Shown here in pieces: positions 43,392-52,572 of a DNA stretch of 64,000 bases. The stretch comes from Chitinophagaceae bacterium (GTDB taxonomy: Bacteria > Bacteroidota > Bacteroidia > Chitinophagales > Chitinophagaceae), in the NCBI GenBank assembly GCA_051006655.1, contig JBPCSZ010000038.1, forward strand, positions 3,990 to 67,989, read 5' to 3'. How positions within the stretch are numbered: position 1 is the stretch's first letter; each line of letters begins with the position of its first letter. The translations under genes and the position numbers were made by a program. The notes beneath the pieces are model-generated. The model was not told the DNA's origin. It made no database searches and saw nothing but the letters and a program-made list of their open reading frames with translations.

Positions 43392-45818
43392 TTATTTTGT
43401 TTGAATTCTCTTGAGCAAACTAATAAAAAAGCCCAAAATCATGAGGACTGTCCCCAACCACAAGAGGTTGATATACGGGAATATCATGGCTTTCATGATG
43501 ATATAATCTTCCATGGCATTGGGTTGCTTATAGTCGATGAGGGCGGCATTATCGGCCGGAATAACCTTGCTGAGTCGCGTGTACAAATTGAATTGCGACA
43601 CCGTATCTAAACAAAATTGTTCTTGCTGATTGCGTACAATATAAGTTGGACGTGCTTTGAGGGCGGTGCCGTGTAAATCGTAAATATCCAATTGGGCCGC
43701 CACAGCAATATCGCCGGTTTCGGGTTTATAACTCGGTGCCAAGGTATCGGTGCTGAACCCGCGGAATACCATAAAACCACGCGAGAAGAATATGGAATCG
43801 CCGGGTTTAACTTGCTTGGTGGTGAAGGCCGTGGTATCGCCTCGCTTCGTTTTATCGACGGTGGAGGTGACATAGGTAAATACGTCGTGGGTCCAATAGT
43901 GGCGCGTATCCGGACTCGATATCAAGCCCATTTTCGGATTGATTTGGGCATTGGGTTCCAATACAAATTGTTCTATCACTTTGCCGGTATCGCCTTCAAA
44001 CTTTTGATATTGAACACGGTAGTAATGGTTGGGTTCAGCCACGGTATCACCCATATACGTAAGGGTATAGCCCCCCATGGTTACGGGCACATTCCGAAAC
44101 AATAATACATTCTCCCTGCTTTCCTTTTTGTTTTCGGCTTCGGTTTCTTTGCCCATATTGAAATCAACGCCCAAGCGATTGATGGAAATCACTTCTTTAT
44201 TGTAACCGGACAGTATAATACCAACAATCATGAGTCCAAAGCCCAAATGCGCCGTGGTGCCGCCCCATTTAATCACCTTGCCTTTAATGACCGTGATGAG
44301 GTAATACAAGTTCGCATAAAAGGCCAAGCAAGCTGATATCATTAATAGGGCAATGGGCCAGGCATGCAAGTCTTGAGAATAAATAATGGCACCGGCCGTA
44401 ACGGCACTCAATCCAATGGGAATGCTGAGTTTGCGGAGGACATCGCGCCAGTTACTGGTTTTAAATTTGAGGTAATACACCAAGGCCGTTAATAGCAAAA
44501 TCAAAAGGGTAATCCACAATTGAATTTTGTTGTAATGGGTTATGGGGTCGGTTACGGTTAACGAGGTGCCGAAGATTTTGTTCCATACGGGCATGGAGGT
44601 GGTATAGGTAATTTGTACCACGGATATCATGAGAATCAAAGCCCCAATGAACATCCAAAATTCGCGCGAACTGAGGGCTTCTTCGTCTTTCTTTACATCG
44701 GGAATTTGTTTGTAACGGTAGAAGAACAAGGCCAAGGCGGGCAATAACATCCCGAACATGAACACCAATAAATGGAATTTTAAGGAATCGCCTTCGCCGG
44801 TAAAGGCATGCACGCTGGTGTCGCCTAAAATGCCGGTACGGGTTAAAAAGGTGGAGTATAAAACCAATACAAACGAGAAGATGAAGAACAACAAGGTTGA
44901 TTTCAACGAATAGCCGGTGGCTTTGTAAATCATGGTAGTATGTAAACCGGCCAACATCACGAGCCAAGGCACCAAGGAGGCATTCTCTACCGGATCCCAA
45001 GCCCAATACCCCCCGAAGTTTAAACTTTCGTAAGCCCAAGCGCCTCCCATCATAATACCGGTTCCTAATACCATGCCACTCAATAACGACCAACGCAATA
45101 AGGGTTGCAATAAGGTGTCGTATTGTTGTTTCCACAAACCGGCCACGGCATAAGCGAAGGGATATAAGGTAGCCGCAAAACCCAAGAATAAAATAGGGGG
45201 GTGAATCACCATCCAATAGTTCTGAAGCAAGGGATTTAAGCCGTTCCCGTCTTCAATCATGCTTAAATAATTGGGTTGGGCAAAAATGGGGGCACCTGCC
45301 ATGTGGTCGCGTAATAATTCGAAGGGGGTAGTGCCAATGCTGAACTCGCCAAAATGCAAGCCCAACAACATACTGCTAATGAAAATTTGCACCACGCTTA
45401 CCACCGTCATCACGGGGGCTTCCCAGGTATTGGCCCGGCGCATCACGAAGAAACTCAATACACAATGCCAAATGCTCCACAGCAAGAAACTCCCTTCTTG
45501 TCCTTCCCAAAAGCACGACAATAAATACTTGAAGGGCAAACTTTTGCTGGAGTGGGCCCATACATAATGGTACTCGAAATAGTGATTGAAAATGAGGTAA
45601 AACAAAATGCCGAAAATGCTGAACACACTGAGGCTGTGGACATAAAAGCTTGAACGACCAATGAGTTTCCATTTATTGGCTTCGGTTTCAAGGGTACTTT
45701 GGGCGCCCGAGAAATAAGCAAAGGCCGATACCATGGCCGCCACGAACGATAAAATCACAAAAAACTGCCCAATTTGTCCGGGCAATAAATGTTCATTAAG
45801 AAATTGAGTAGTTTCCAA
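43392..45818 (-). CDS. ccmF: Cytochrome c-type biogenesis haem lyase CcmF (long form)
   Basis: 808 aa, polytopic. The W-rich motif NFGGYWAWDPVENASLVPWL matches CcmF WGGxWxWDPVEN. It lies directly downstream of ccmE. Confidence 0.85.
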   Translation of the reverse strand: METTQFLNEHLLPGQIGQFFVILSFVAAMVSAFAYFSGAQSTLETEANKWKLIGRSSFYVHSLSVFSIFGILFYLIFNHYFEYHYVWAHSSKSLPFKYLLSCFWEGQEGSFLLWSIWHCVLSFFVMRRANTWEAPVMTVVSVVQIFISSMLLGLHFGEFSIGTTPFELLRDHMAGAPIFAQPNYLSMIEDGNGLNPLLQNYWMVIHPPILFLGFAATLYPFAYAVAGLWKQQYDTLLQPLLRWSLLSGMVLGTGIMMGGAWAYESLNFGGYWAWDPVENASLVPWLVMLAGLHTTMIYKATGYSLKSTLLFFIFSFVLVLYSTFLTRTGILGDTSVHAFTGEGDSLKFHLLVFMFGMLLPALALFFYRYKQIPDVKKDEEALSSREFWMFIGALILMISVVQITYTTSMPVWNKIFGTSLTVTDPITHYNKIQLWITLLILLLTALVYYLKFKTSNWRDVLRKLSIPIGLSAVTAGAIIYSQDLHAWPIALLMISACLAFYANLYYLITVIKGKVIKWGGTTAHLGFGLMIVGIILSGYNKEVISINRLGVDFNMGKETEAENKKESRENVLLFRNVPVTMGGYTLTYMGDTVAEPNHYYRVQYQKFEGDTGKVIEQFVLEPNAQINPKMGLISSPDTRHYWTHDVFTYVTSTVDKTKRGDTTAFTTKQVKPGDSIFFSRGFMVFRGFSTDTLAPSYKPETGDIAVAAQLDIYDLHGTALKARPTYIVRNQQEQFCLDTVSQFNLYTRLSKVIPADNAALIDYKQPNAMEDYIIMKAMIFPYINLLWLGTVLMILGFFISLLKRIQTK

Positions 45819-45869
45819 GGGAGGGTGTTTTATGATTCAGCAATATTCAGCAAAAGGGATGGGGCGTGT

Positions 45870-46268
45870 TTAGCTCGGTTGCCCAACCGCTACCTGATCG
45901 GTATTGTATTTCGAGGGGCACTTCATTAAAATTTTCGAGCATTTGAATTCGCCGTTTTCCATACGTCCCGTCATGGTGAGGCGCTCACTCCGCTCAAAGT
46001 CTTGGGGTTTGGTACCATTGAACACCACTTTTTTTGTAGCGCCCGATTCATCGGTGGCGTAAAACACAAAGCGATTGGGGTCTTTCACGGGGTCGTATTC
46101 CATACCGTGATTGAGGGTGTCGAGGGTAGCAATAATTTGCAAGGTTTTACCGGCTTTTTTTTCAGCACTTTCAAAGGTTTGATAACTGCTGAAATCGCCC
46201 ACCATGCTTAATATGCCGGCCAAGGCGGCGGCAATAACCACTAATCCGATTATACTTGATTTTTTCAT
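45870..46268 (-). CDS. ccmE: Cytochrome c maturation haem chaperone CcmE (CxxxY variant)
   Basis: 132 aa from ATG 46268 (MKKSSIIGLVVIAAAL). It has a TM anchor plus an OB fold. FERSERLTMTGRMENGEFKCSKILMKCPSKY aligns with E. coli [32 protein letters not shown]. Confidence 0.8.
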   Translation of the reverse strand: MKKSSIIGLVVIAAALAGILSMVGDFSSYQTFESAEKKAGKTLQIIATLDTLNHGMEYDPVKDPNRFVFYATDESGATKKVVFNGTKPQDFERSERLTMTGRMENGEFKCSKILMKCPSKYNTDQVAVGQPS

Positions 46269-46374
46269 AAAAAAAAGCTCGCGCAAAAGTACACCCGAAA
46301 CATGGGCTTGCCTAATGCAAAGCATGAATAATACTTGTTAAAAAACCTATAGTTGATAGGTAAATTGAGGCCGC

Positions 46375-46860
46375 TTACAAGGCTTCGAAATACCCTGTTT
46401 CTTTGTTTTTACGCACGGCATTGGCGGGATAAAAACGACCATTCATGGCCAAATAAACGCCATGGGGTAAGGTTTGCACGAAAGCCATGGCACTGCCCAT
46501 GTTAAAAAGTCCATCGCTGGAACCAAAGGTATAGGGAATCATAGCCCCCGTAATGACGATGGTTTTGTTTAATTTTTCATTCAACAAGGCTTTCCCGGTT
46601 TCTACCATGGTATCGGTACCGTGGGTAATGATAATGTGGTTTTGTGGACAGTCTTTGCAAGCCTTGACGATTTGTTGGCGTTCATGTTCACCCATGTCCA
46701 AACTATCCATCATCATCAGTTGGGTTACCTCAACATCGGTGGTATTACGGCCACGTTGTAAAATTTCTTCCACGTGCGAATTCGTAAAATAGAGTTTGCC
46801 GTTAATTAAATCGTACTCTTTATCGAAGGTGCCACCGGTGATGAATAATTGAATTTGCAT
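46375..46860 (-). CDS. Asparaginase N-terminal-domain protein
   Basis: About 161 aa from ATG 46860 with the motifs ITGGTFDK and THGTDTM of the L-asparaginase/GatD N-domain. There is no C-terminal domain. Confidence 0.65.
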   Translation of the reverse strand: MQIQLFITGGTFDKEYDLINGKLYFTNSHVEEILQRGRNTTDVEVTQLMMMDSLDMGEHERQQIVKACKDCPQNHIIITHGTDTMVETGKALLNEKLNKTIVITGAMIPYTFGSSDGLFNMGSAMAFVQTLPHGVYLAMNGRFYPANAVRKNKETGYFEAL

Positions 46861-46905
46861 GTTGAAATTTGAAAACAAAAATAAGGGAGAAAATAGTGGT
46901 GTTTG

Positions 46906-47496
46906 TTATCGACCTAATTCGCGGAAACGGGCGATGTACTTACCCAAAACATCGAATTCCAAGTTCACGCGTTGCCCAACTTGCATGGCTTTAAAACTGG
47001 TATGTTCGTACGTATAAGGAATAATGGTGACTTCGAAAGAATCAGCGCCCACATGAAAACAAGTTAAGCTAACGCCATTGATGCATACCGATCCTTTTTC
47101 GATGAGTAAATGCGCAAACTCGGGTGCAAATTGAAATACAAAGCGCCAAGCGCCGGCTTCATCGATGCGTTTTATACAAGTGCCTACGGTATCAACATGG
47201 CCTTGCACAATGTGGCCATCCAAACGTCCATTCATGAGCATGCACCGTTCCAAATTAATTTTTCGTCCGGCGGTCCATGAACCAATACTGGTTTTTTGAA
47301 TGGTTTCGGGCACGGCACAAACGGTGTGCGTATCGCCCTCAATATGCGTAACGGTTAAACAAATGCCTTCGTGCGCTAGCGATTGGTCTATTTTCAATTC
47401 AGGGGCTAAGGCACTGCTAACTTGTAAATACACATTGCCGTTCTCGGTTCGAACATCCTTCAATTCGCCTAAGGTTTCTATAATTCCTGTAAACAT
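46906..47496 (-). CDS. ribE: Riboflavin synthase
   Basis: 196 aa. MFTGIIETLG and the duplicated lumazine-binding repeats (GDSIAVNG-like: GSVCINGVSLT) are present. Confidence 0.9.
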   Translation of the reverse strand: MFTGIIETLGELKDVRTENGNVYLQVSSALAPELKIDQSLAHEGICLTVTHIEGDTHTVCAVPETIQKTSIGSWTAGRKINLERCMLMNGRLDGHIVQGHVDTVGTCIKRIDEAGAWRFVFQFAPEFAHLLIEKGSVCINGVSLTCFHVGADSFEVTIIPYTYEHTSFKAMQVGQRVNLEFDVLGKYIARFRELGR

Positions 47497-47502
47497 CGTT
47501 TC

Positions 47503-48042
47503 TTATTGTTTGTTGGCTCGGCCTTTGTGGTAAACCATCCCGGTATCGGTATACAAAATGTATTCAATGTCGAAGCCGGAAGTATCGAATAAATTGGTTT
47601 TGGTGCCTATCACTTGCAAGGTGTCTTTCCCGGCACAATACGATTGTCCTAATCCAATAAGGGTGTCGGTGGTGAAGCGTAAGAAGCGATTGGCACGAGC
47701 ACTATGCTTGGCCGTATCGCAAAAACCGAGTAATTGCATGCGAACGGTATCGAGGGCTACGACTTGTAAGGGAAAGGCTTGGGTTTGCAATACCACTTGG
47801 TTGGGCCCCCAAACGGTATCGTACACTAAAAAGTTACCTTCAAAAACAGCACTGGGGTAAATGCAAACTGAATTATCGGGCTTGCCGGGGAAACCCCAAT
47901 TGTAATTGACCGCTGAAGGATCGTTGCAATACGGGTTATTAATCCGGTCGTCGCTGATGGGGTCGGGGTCGGTATATCGTTTACACCCAAGTATTAAAAT
48001 AAGTCCGAAAAAGGCTAAAATCCATTGTCGCATACGAAACAC
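47503..48042 (-). CDS. Hypothetical lipoprotein
   Basis: 179 aa with signal plus lipobox LILILGC. No recognisable family. Confidence 0.5.
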   Translation of the reverse strand: MFRMRQWILAFFGLILILGCKRYTDPDPISDDRINNPYCNDPSAVNYNWGFPGKPDNSVCIYPSAVFEGNFLVYDTVWGPNQVVLQTQAFPLQVVALDTVRMQLLGFCDTAKHSARANRFLRFTTDTLIGLGQSYCAGKDTLQVIGTKTNLFDTSGFDIEYILYTDTGMVYHKGRANKQ

Positions 48043-48138
48043 GAAAGTAAGTATATTTGGTCGAATAGCCTTTTCTACGCACTAAAAGCCCTGTACATGT
48101 TACGTTGTGTATAAATTTCCGCTTTTTTTTAGAAAAAT

Positions 48139-48170
48139 ATTTGCTTGGTTTACAGAAAAGGGTATCTTTG
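48139..48170 (+). promoter_or_regulatory. Bacteroidota sigma-A promoter of rpsU (-33 TTTG, -7 TAtcTTTG)
   Basis: TTTG at 48139-42 and TATCTTTG at 48163-70 have 20-nt spacing and lie 23 nt upstream of ATG 48193. Confidence 0.5.
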
Positions 48171-48192
48171 CACCCCTAAACAAGAAATTTGT

Positions 48193-48396
48193 ATGTTGAT
48201 TATCGACTCTAAAGATTGCGAAAGCATCGACAAGGCGCTCAAAAAGTATAAGAAGAAATTTGAGAAGGCCCACATCCTTCCTCAACTCCGCGAGCGTCAG
48301 TCGTTCACCAAAAAGTCGGTGGTTCGTCGTACCCAGGTACTGAAGGCCATCTACAAGCAAGAGATTGCTGCCGGTGTTCGCGAAGCGAGCAAGTAA
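48193..48396 (+). CDS. rpsU: 30S ribosomal protein S21
   Basis: 67 aa, MLIIDSKDCESIDKALKKYKKKFEKAHILPQLRERQSFTKKSVVRR..., the canonical S21. The track start at 48145 lies upstream of the -7 box. Confidence 0.9.
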   Translation: MLIIDSKDCESIDKALKKYKKKFEKAHILPQLRERQSFTKKSVVRRTQVLKAIYKQEIAAGVREASK

Positions 48397-48412
48397 ACCG
48401 TATATTTGGGAT

Positions 48413-49306
48413 ATGGAAAATCCCTCAAATGCTTTTCTGCATTACCTGCAGTTTGAAAAGCGATATTCCTTATTAACTGTTCAAGCGTATCAAAACGACC
48501 TTGAACAGTTTTTTTTATACCTACAAGCTCAGTATGAACATCAAGATGCCTTTGCCGTTACGGCCTCGCAAGCGCGGTCTTGGTTGGCCGAATTGAGTGA
48601 GCAAGGACTCAAGGCCCGTTCCATGCAACGCAAATTATCGGCCCTGAAATCGTTTTATGCTTGGATGCGGAAGCAAGATTTGATGACAAATAACCCGCTC
48701 AAACAAGTGGTTTCGCCCAAACAAGCGTCTCGATTGCCGGTATGGGCCACCGAACAAGCGATGGTACCGCTCTTGGAATCGAATGTATTTCCCGATTCAT
48801 TTCGAGGACGAACCGAGCAATTGGCCATGGAATTATTGTACCAAACAGGCATGCGTCGCGCCGAATTATTGCATCTTACCCTTCCTCGTATCGACTTAGC
48901 CCAAGCGCAAATTCGGGTAATTGGGAAGGGGAATAAAGAGCGCATAATTCCAATTGCCGGGCCTTTGATTGATTTAATTCAAGGGTATTTAGGAGAGCGA
49001 GAAACCCTTTGTTCAAGTGAAGAAAACCGATTGTTGATTCTTGAGAATGGCAAACCGATTTACGAAAAATGGCTTTACCTCACCGTGAATCACTATTTGC
49101 AATATTGCCCCACCTTGAGTAAAAAGAGTCCGCACGTATTGCGCCACACCTTTGCTACCCACCTGCTGAACCAAGGGGCCGAATTGAATGCGGTTAAAGA
49201 ATTGTTGGGACATGCCAACTTGAGCGCCACCCAAATTTATACCCACAACAGCATTGAAAAATTAAAGGCGGTGTATCGGAAAGCCCACCCGCGTTCGAAT
49301 GCATAA
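48413..49306 (+). CDS. Tyrosine recombinase XerC/XerD family
   Basis: About 297 aa. It has an N-terminal SAM-like domain (FLHYLQFEKRYSLLTVQAYQNDL) and the catalytic signature ..RHTFATHLL..LGHANLSATQIYTH. The rpsU-xer pairing is a conserved housekeeping arrangement in Bacteroidota. Confidence 0.85.
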   Translation: MENPSNAFLHYLQFEKRYSLLTVQAYQNDLEQFFLYLQAQYEHQDAFAVTASQARSWLAELSEQGLKARSMQRKLSALKSFYAWMRKQDLMTNNPLKQVVSPKQASRLPVWATEQAMVPLLESNVFPDSFRGRTEQLAMELLYQTGMRRAELLHLTLPRIDLAQAQIRVIGKGNKERIIPIAGPLIDLIQGYLGERETLCSSEENRLLILENGKPIYEKWLYLTVNHYLQYCPTLSKKSPHVLRHTFATHLLNQGAELNAVKELLGHANLSATQIYTHNSIEKLKAVYRKAHPRSNA

Positions 49307-49337
49307 ACCCGCCCTTTTGTTGTAATTTCGCCTCCTC

Positions 49338-50111
49338 ATGTCGACCCTACGCGTTACGTTTTTAGGAACAGGAACCTCCCAAGGTGTTCCCATTATTGGC
49401 TGTCCTTGCGCTGTTTGTCAATCGAACGATGAGCGGGATAAACGCTTACGCACCTCCATATTGGTTGAAAGCGAAACCACCCATGTGGTGATTGATAGCG
49501 GTCCCGATTTTCGCCAACAAATGCTGCGAGCCGGGGTAAAAAAATTGGATGGTTTAATCTTCACCCATTCGCATAAAGACCATGTGGCCGGTATGGACGA
49601 TATTCGGGCGTATAATTACTTGCATCAAAAGCCTGTTGATGTCTATGCTAATTTGGCTACCCAAAAAGTATTAGCACGCGAATTTGAATATGTCTTCAAT
49701 GGCGATAAATACCCCGGTATTCCAGAAGTGAATATGCACCAAATTGAAGCCGGACAAACCTTCGCCATTGGCGATATTACCTTCGAAGCCATCGAGGTGA
49801 TGCATTATAAAATGCCGGTTTTGGGGTTTCGAATTGGTCGCTTCACGTATATAACCGATGCCAATTTTATTTCCGAATCGTCCATGCAACAATTGATGGG
49901 AACGGAGGTACTTGTCCTCAATGCCTTACGTCGGGAAAAACATGTATCGCATTTTTCCTTGTCGGAAGCCATACAAAAAGCCGAAGAAATTGGGGCTCGG
50001 CAAACCTATTTTACCCATGCCAGTCACCAATTGGGTAAACACCACGATGTATCGAATGAATTACCTGAAGGGATTGCCTTAGCCTATGATGGGTTAGTGC
50101 TTGACATATAA
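49338..50111 (+). CDS. MBL-fold metallo-hydrolase (PhnP/GPP-like)
   Basis: 257 aa with the motifs FLGTGTSQGVP and FTHSHKDHVAGMDD (HxHxDH). Confidence 0.8.
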   Translation: MSTLRVTFLGTGTSQGVPIIGCPCAVCQSNDERDKRLRTSILVESETTHVVIDSGPDFRQQMLRAGVKKLDGLIFTHSHKDHVAGMDDIRAYNYLHQKPVDVYANLATQKVLAREFEYVFNGDKYPGIPEVNMHQIEAGQTFAIGDITFEAIEVMHYKMPVLGFRIGRFTYITDANFISESSMQQLMGTEVLVLNALRREKHVSHFSLSEAIQKAEEIGARQTYFTHASHQLGKHHDVSNELPEGIALAYDGLVLDI

Positions 50112-50150
50112 ACGCGAAAGCCTATCTTTACACCGCAAGTATTTTGCGCC

Positions 50151-51371
50151 ATGGCTACGCAACAAAAACCACACGTCAACGTCTCCTTTTCTTATAATCC
50201 CTTAGAGGAAACTTTGGCTTACGCCCGAAAAAAAAATAATTTATTCATTGGCATTCCAAAGGAAAGTTCCTTTCAAGAAAACCGAATTGCGCTTACACCG
50301 CAAGCGGTTATGGTGTTAGTGAGTAATGGACACGATGTGGTGGTGGAGCATCAAGCCGGTTTAGCGGCCTCGTTTACCGACCAGGATTATTCGGAAGCCG
50401 GCGCACAAATTGCCTACGATAAGGCATCAGTATTCAAAGCCGGTATTATTGTAAAAACCGCGCCTATTAGTCAAGAGGAACTCGATTTATTGCAAGAAGA
50501 CCAACTCATATTTGCCCCGGTTCATTTGCCTTCGATGGATGTGAACATGTTGCAACGTTGTTTGAATAAAAAAATAATTGCGGTAGCCTTGGGCAATATT
50601 AAAGATGCCGCCGGTACTTTTCCCATTGTGCGTTCCATGAGCCAAATTGCCGGTATTCATGCGGTAGAAATTGCGGCCAAATATTTAAGCAATCAACACG
50701 GTGGCCGTGGAATTTTATTGGGTGGCATTGCGGGGGTTCCTCCAGCCAACGTAGTGATTATTGGAGCCGGTATGGTGGGCGAATATGCCGCACGGACGGC
50801 CTTGGGTTGCGGGGCTCAAGTGAAAGTGTTCGATAATTCCATTTACCGTTTAATGCGTTTGCAACGTACGGTTGGGCAATCGGTGTTTACTTCGGTACTT
50901 GAACCTACTGAATTGACCCGAGCCTTGCAGGAAGCCGATGTGGCGATTGGCGCACTTCGCCCGCAGGGTGGACTTGCACCGATGGTAGTAACTGAATCGA
51001 TGGTCATGAAAATGCGTGCCGGTTCGGTGATTCTCGATGTGAGTATCGATAATGGCGGATGTTTTGAAACGTCGGAAATAACCACGCACGAAGATCCTGT
51101 TTTCATCAAACACGATATTATTCATTATTGTGTACCGAATATCGCCTCGGCGGTTTCGCGCACGGCCTCAACGGCCATCAGCAATGTGATGATGCCTATT
51201 TTATTGTCGTGTTCCGATACTATTGGTCATGCCGATTCGATTATAGAACACAAGCCGGGCTTGCTCGATGCTACGTATTTGTACAAAGGGAAACTGACCA
51301 GTAAGGTATTAGCACAAAAGTTTAACTTAAAGTACACAGACCTTCAGCTTATCTTGCCCCCCAATTTATAA
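50151..51371 (+). CDS. Alanine dehydrogenase / PNT-alpha family NAD-binding protein
   Basis: 406 aa with the AlaDH N-domain (IGIPKESSFQENRIALTP) and the Rossmann motif VVIIGAGMVG. Confidence 0.75.
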   Translation: MATQQKPHVNVSFSYNPLEETLAYARKKNNLFIGIPKESSFQENRIALTPQAVMVLVSNGHDVVVEHQAGLAASFTDQDYSEAGAQIAYDKASVFKAGIIVKTAPISQEELDLLQEDQLIFAPVHLPSMDVNMLQRCLNKKIIAVALGNIKDAAGTFPIVRSMSQIAGIHAVEIAAKYLSNQHGGRGILLGGIAGVPPANVVIIGAGMVGEYAARTALGCGAQVKVFDNSIYRLMRLQRTVGQSVFTSVLEPTELTRALQEADVAIGALRPQGGLAPMVVTESMVMKMRAGSVILDVSIDNGGCFETSEITTHEDPVFIKHDIIHYCVPNIASAVSRTASTAISNVMMPILLSCSDTIGHADSIIEHKPGLLDATYLYKGKLTSKVLAQKFNLKYTDLQLILPPNL

Positions 51372-51743
51372 TTGGACATTATGACAAACACACGAATGAA
51401 TAAGCCGATGGCAGGCTATCATATGCTTATGATATTATCGGCGGTTGATTTTAAGTTTCACCCTGAAGAAGACCGAGTAATACGCACCTTTTTAACTGAA
51501 GAATTTCCTTTCCCTGTGAACCTCGATCGTGAAATGGATATCATTAGTCAATTGAAACCCGAGGAATGGAAAGCCCATTTTACGGCTTGTTTATACGATT
51601 TTGAAGAAGATACCACCCCACAAGAACGTACGCGGTTTTTACAATTTGCCATGAATTTAGTGAAAGCGGACAATCATATTCATGACAGCGAAAATGAATA
51701 CCTCATGCAATTGTTCAATGCCTGGGATTTTCATGTGGAATAG
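51372..51743 (+). CDS. Hypothetical protein, TerB-like helical fold suspected
   Basis: 123 aa. LMILSAVDFKFHPEEDRVIRTFL...AMNLVKADNHIHDSENEYL resembles TerB/DjlA-N repeats. This is a weak call. Confidence 0.4.
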   Translation: MDIMTNTRMNKPMAGYHMLMILSAVDFKFHPEEDRVIRTFLTEEFPFPVNLDREMDIISQLKPEEWKAHFTACLYDFEEDTTPQERTRFLQFAMNLVKADNHIHDSENEYLMQLFNAWDFHVE

Positions 51744-51879
51744 TAGATTTAATTTGAGTGCTGTATCAAGTTGATTATGGGTTGATATTACCGGTAAGCA
51801 ATCTTGTATATTGTGCTCCGCCAGAGGGGAATTCTGTTTTTTTTAAATGAAAAAACGATGAAATCTATTGATTCTGAAT

Positions 51880-52317
51880 TTACTTTTCTGAAAAGATTTC
51901 CTCATATACCGCTTCCACCTCTTCTTCTGTTTTTCCTTGCACGGCTTTACCCATATATACATGAATCTTGCCGGCATCGTCTTGCGCATAAATATAATCG
52001 TCCGATTCGCCGAAGAGGGTAGCGGCAGCAATGGCATTGCTTGGAATTTTTAATTCGGCCCAATCGGATGAGGGCAGTTCGCCTAAGCCGGAGGAAATAC
52101 TATCGCTGATGACTAAATGTTTATCGTGCCAATGCAAACACAAGGCTGCCTTGGTCATGGAATCGTTGATGCGGGTTTGATTCTTCAAGTAGAAATTACC
52201 CATTAACACTTGTGGGTTATTCTCTTGCGTAGGTGAATTGTTATTGGAACAAGAGTACCCCAACACGACCAAACTCAGTATGCCCATTAACCATGGCATT
52301 GATTTCATGCTATACAT
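51880..52317 (-). CDS. Hypothetical lipoprotein
   Basis: 145 aa with signal plus lipobox VVLGYSC. Confidence 0.5.
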   Translation of the reverse strand: MYSMKSMPWLMGILSLVVLGYSCSNNNSPTQENNPQVLMGNFYLKNQTRINDSMTKAALCLHWHDKHLVISDSISSGLGELPSSDWAELKIPSNAIAAATLFGESDDYIYAQDDAGKIHVYMGKAVQGKTEEEVEAVYEEIFSEK

Positions 52318-52526
52318 ATTTCGTGCAAGTTAATGTTACCCAAGAATTTGTAGGGCATAAGAGTATCCACATTTTAGCGAATAAAAAAAGCCACTCACGG
52401 GGAGCGACTCTTTTATGTTTGGGTAGGGAAAGTTCGAATTGGGTGGTTGAATTAATTCAGTCGAATAAAACTCAACAGCACAAATGTATTCGGAGTTTTT
52501 AAATAAGTGTGTAGAATTAATTCATG

Positions 52527-52551
52527 CAAAAAAGCCTCCCCGAGGGGAGGC
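52527..52551 (-). terminator. Rho-independent terminator of pckA
   Basis: GCCTCCCC/GGGGAGGC stem followed by a T-run on the transcribed strand. Confidence 0.7.
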
Positions 52552-52572
52552 TTTCAATGGATTAATTTGGAA

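Noticed and set aside
43401-45721. Multiple 69-251-aa ORFs inside or antisense to ccmF, and Pro/Gly-rich antisense ORFs in tonB (63071-63641)
   Set aside because: They are nested within long, motif-supported genes, and their translations are compositionally skewed artefacts of the host gene's codon bias.
48413-49306. The tyrosine recombinase as the integrase of a mobile element
   Set aside because: It has a XerC/XerD-like N-terminus and catalytic tail, and it sits directly after rpsU among housekeeping genes, a conserved Bacteroidota arrangement. No flanking direct repeats or cargo genes are present, and it lies 7 kb and many core genes away from the Fic islet.
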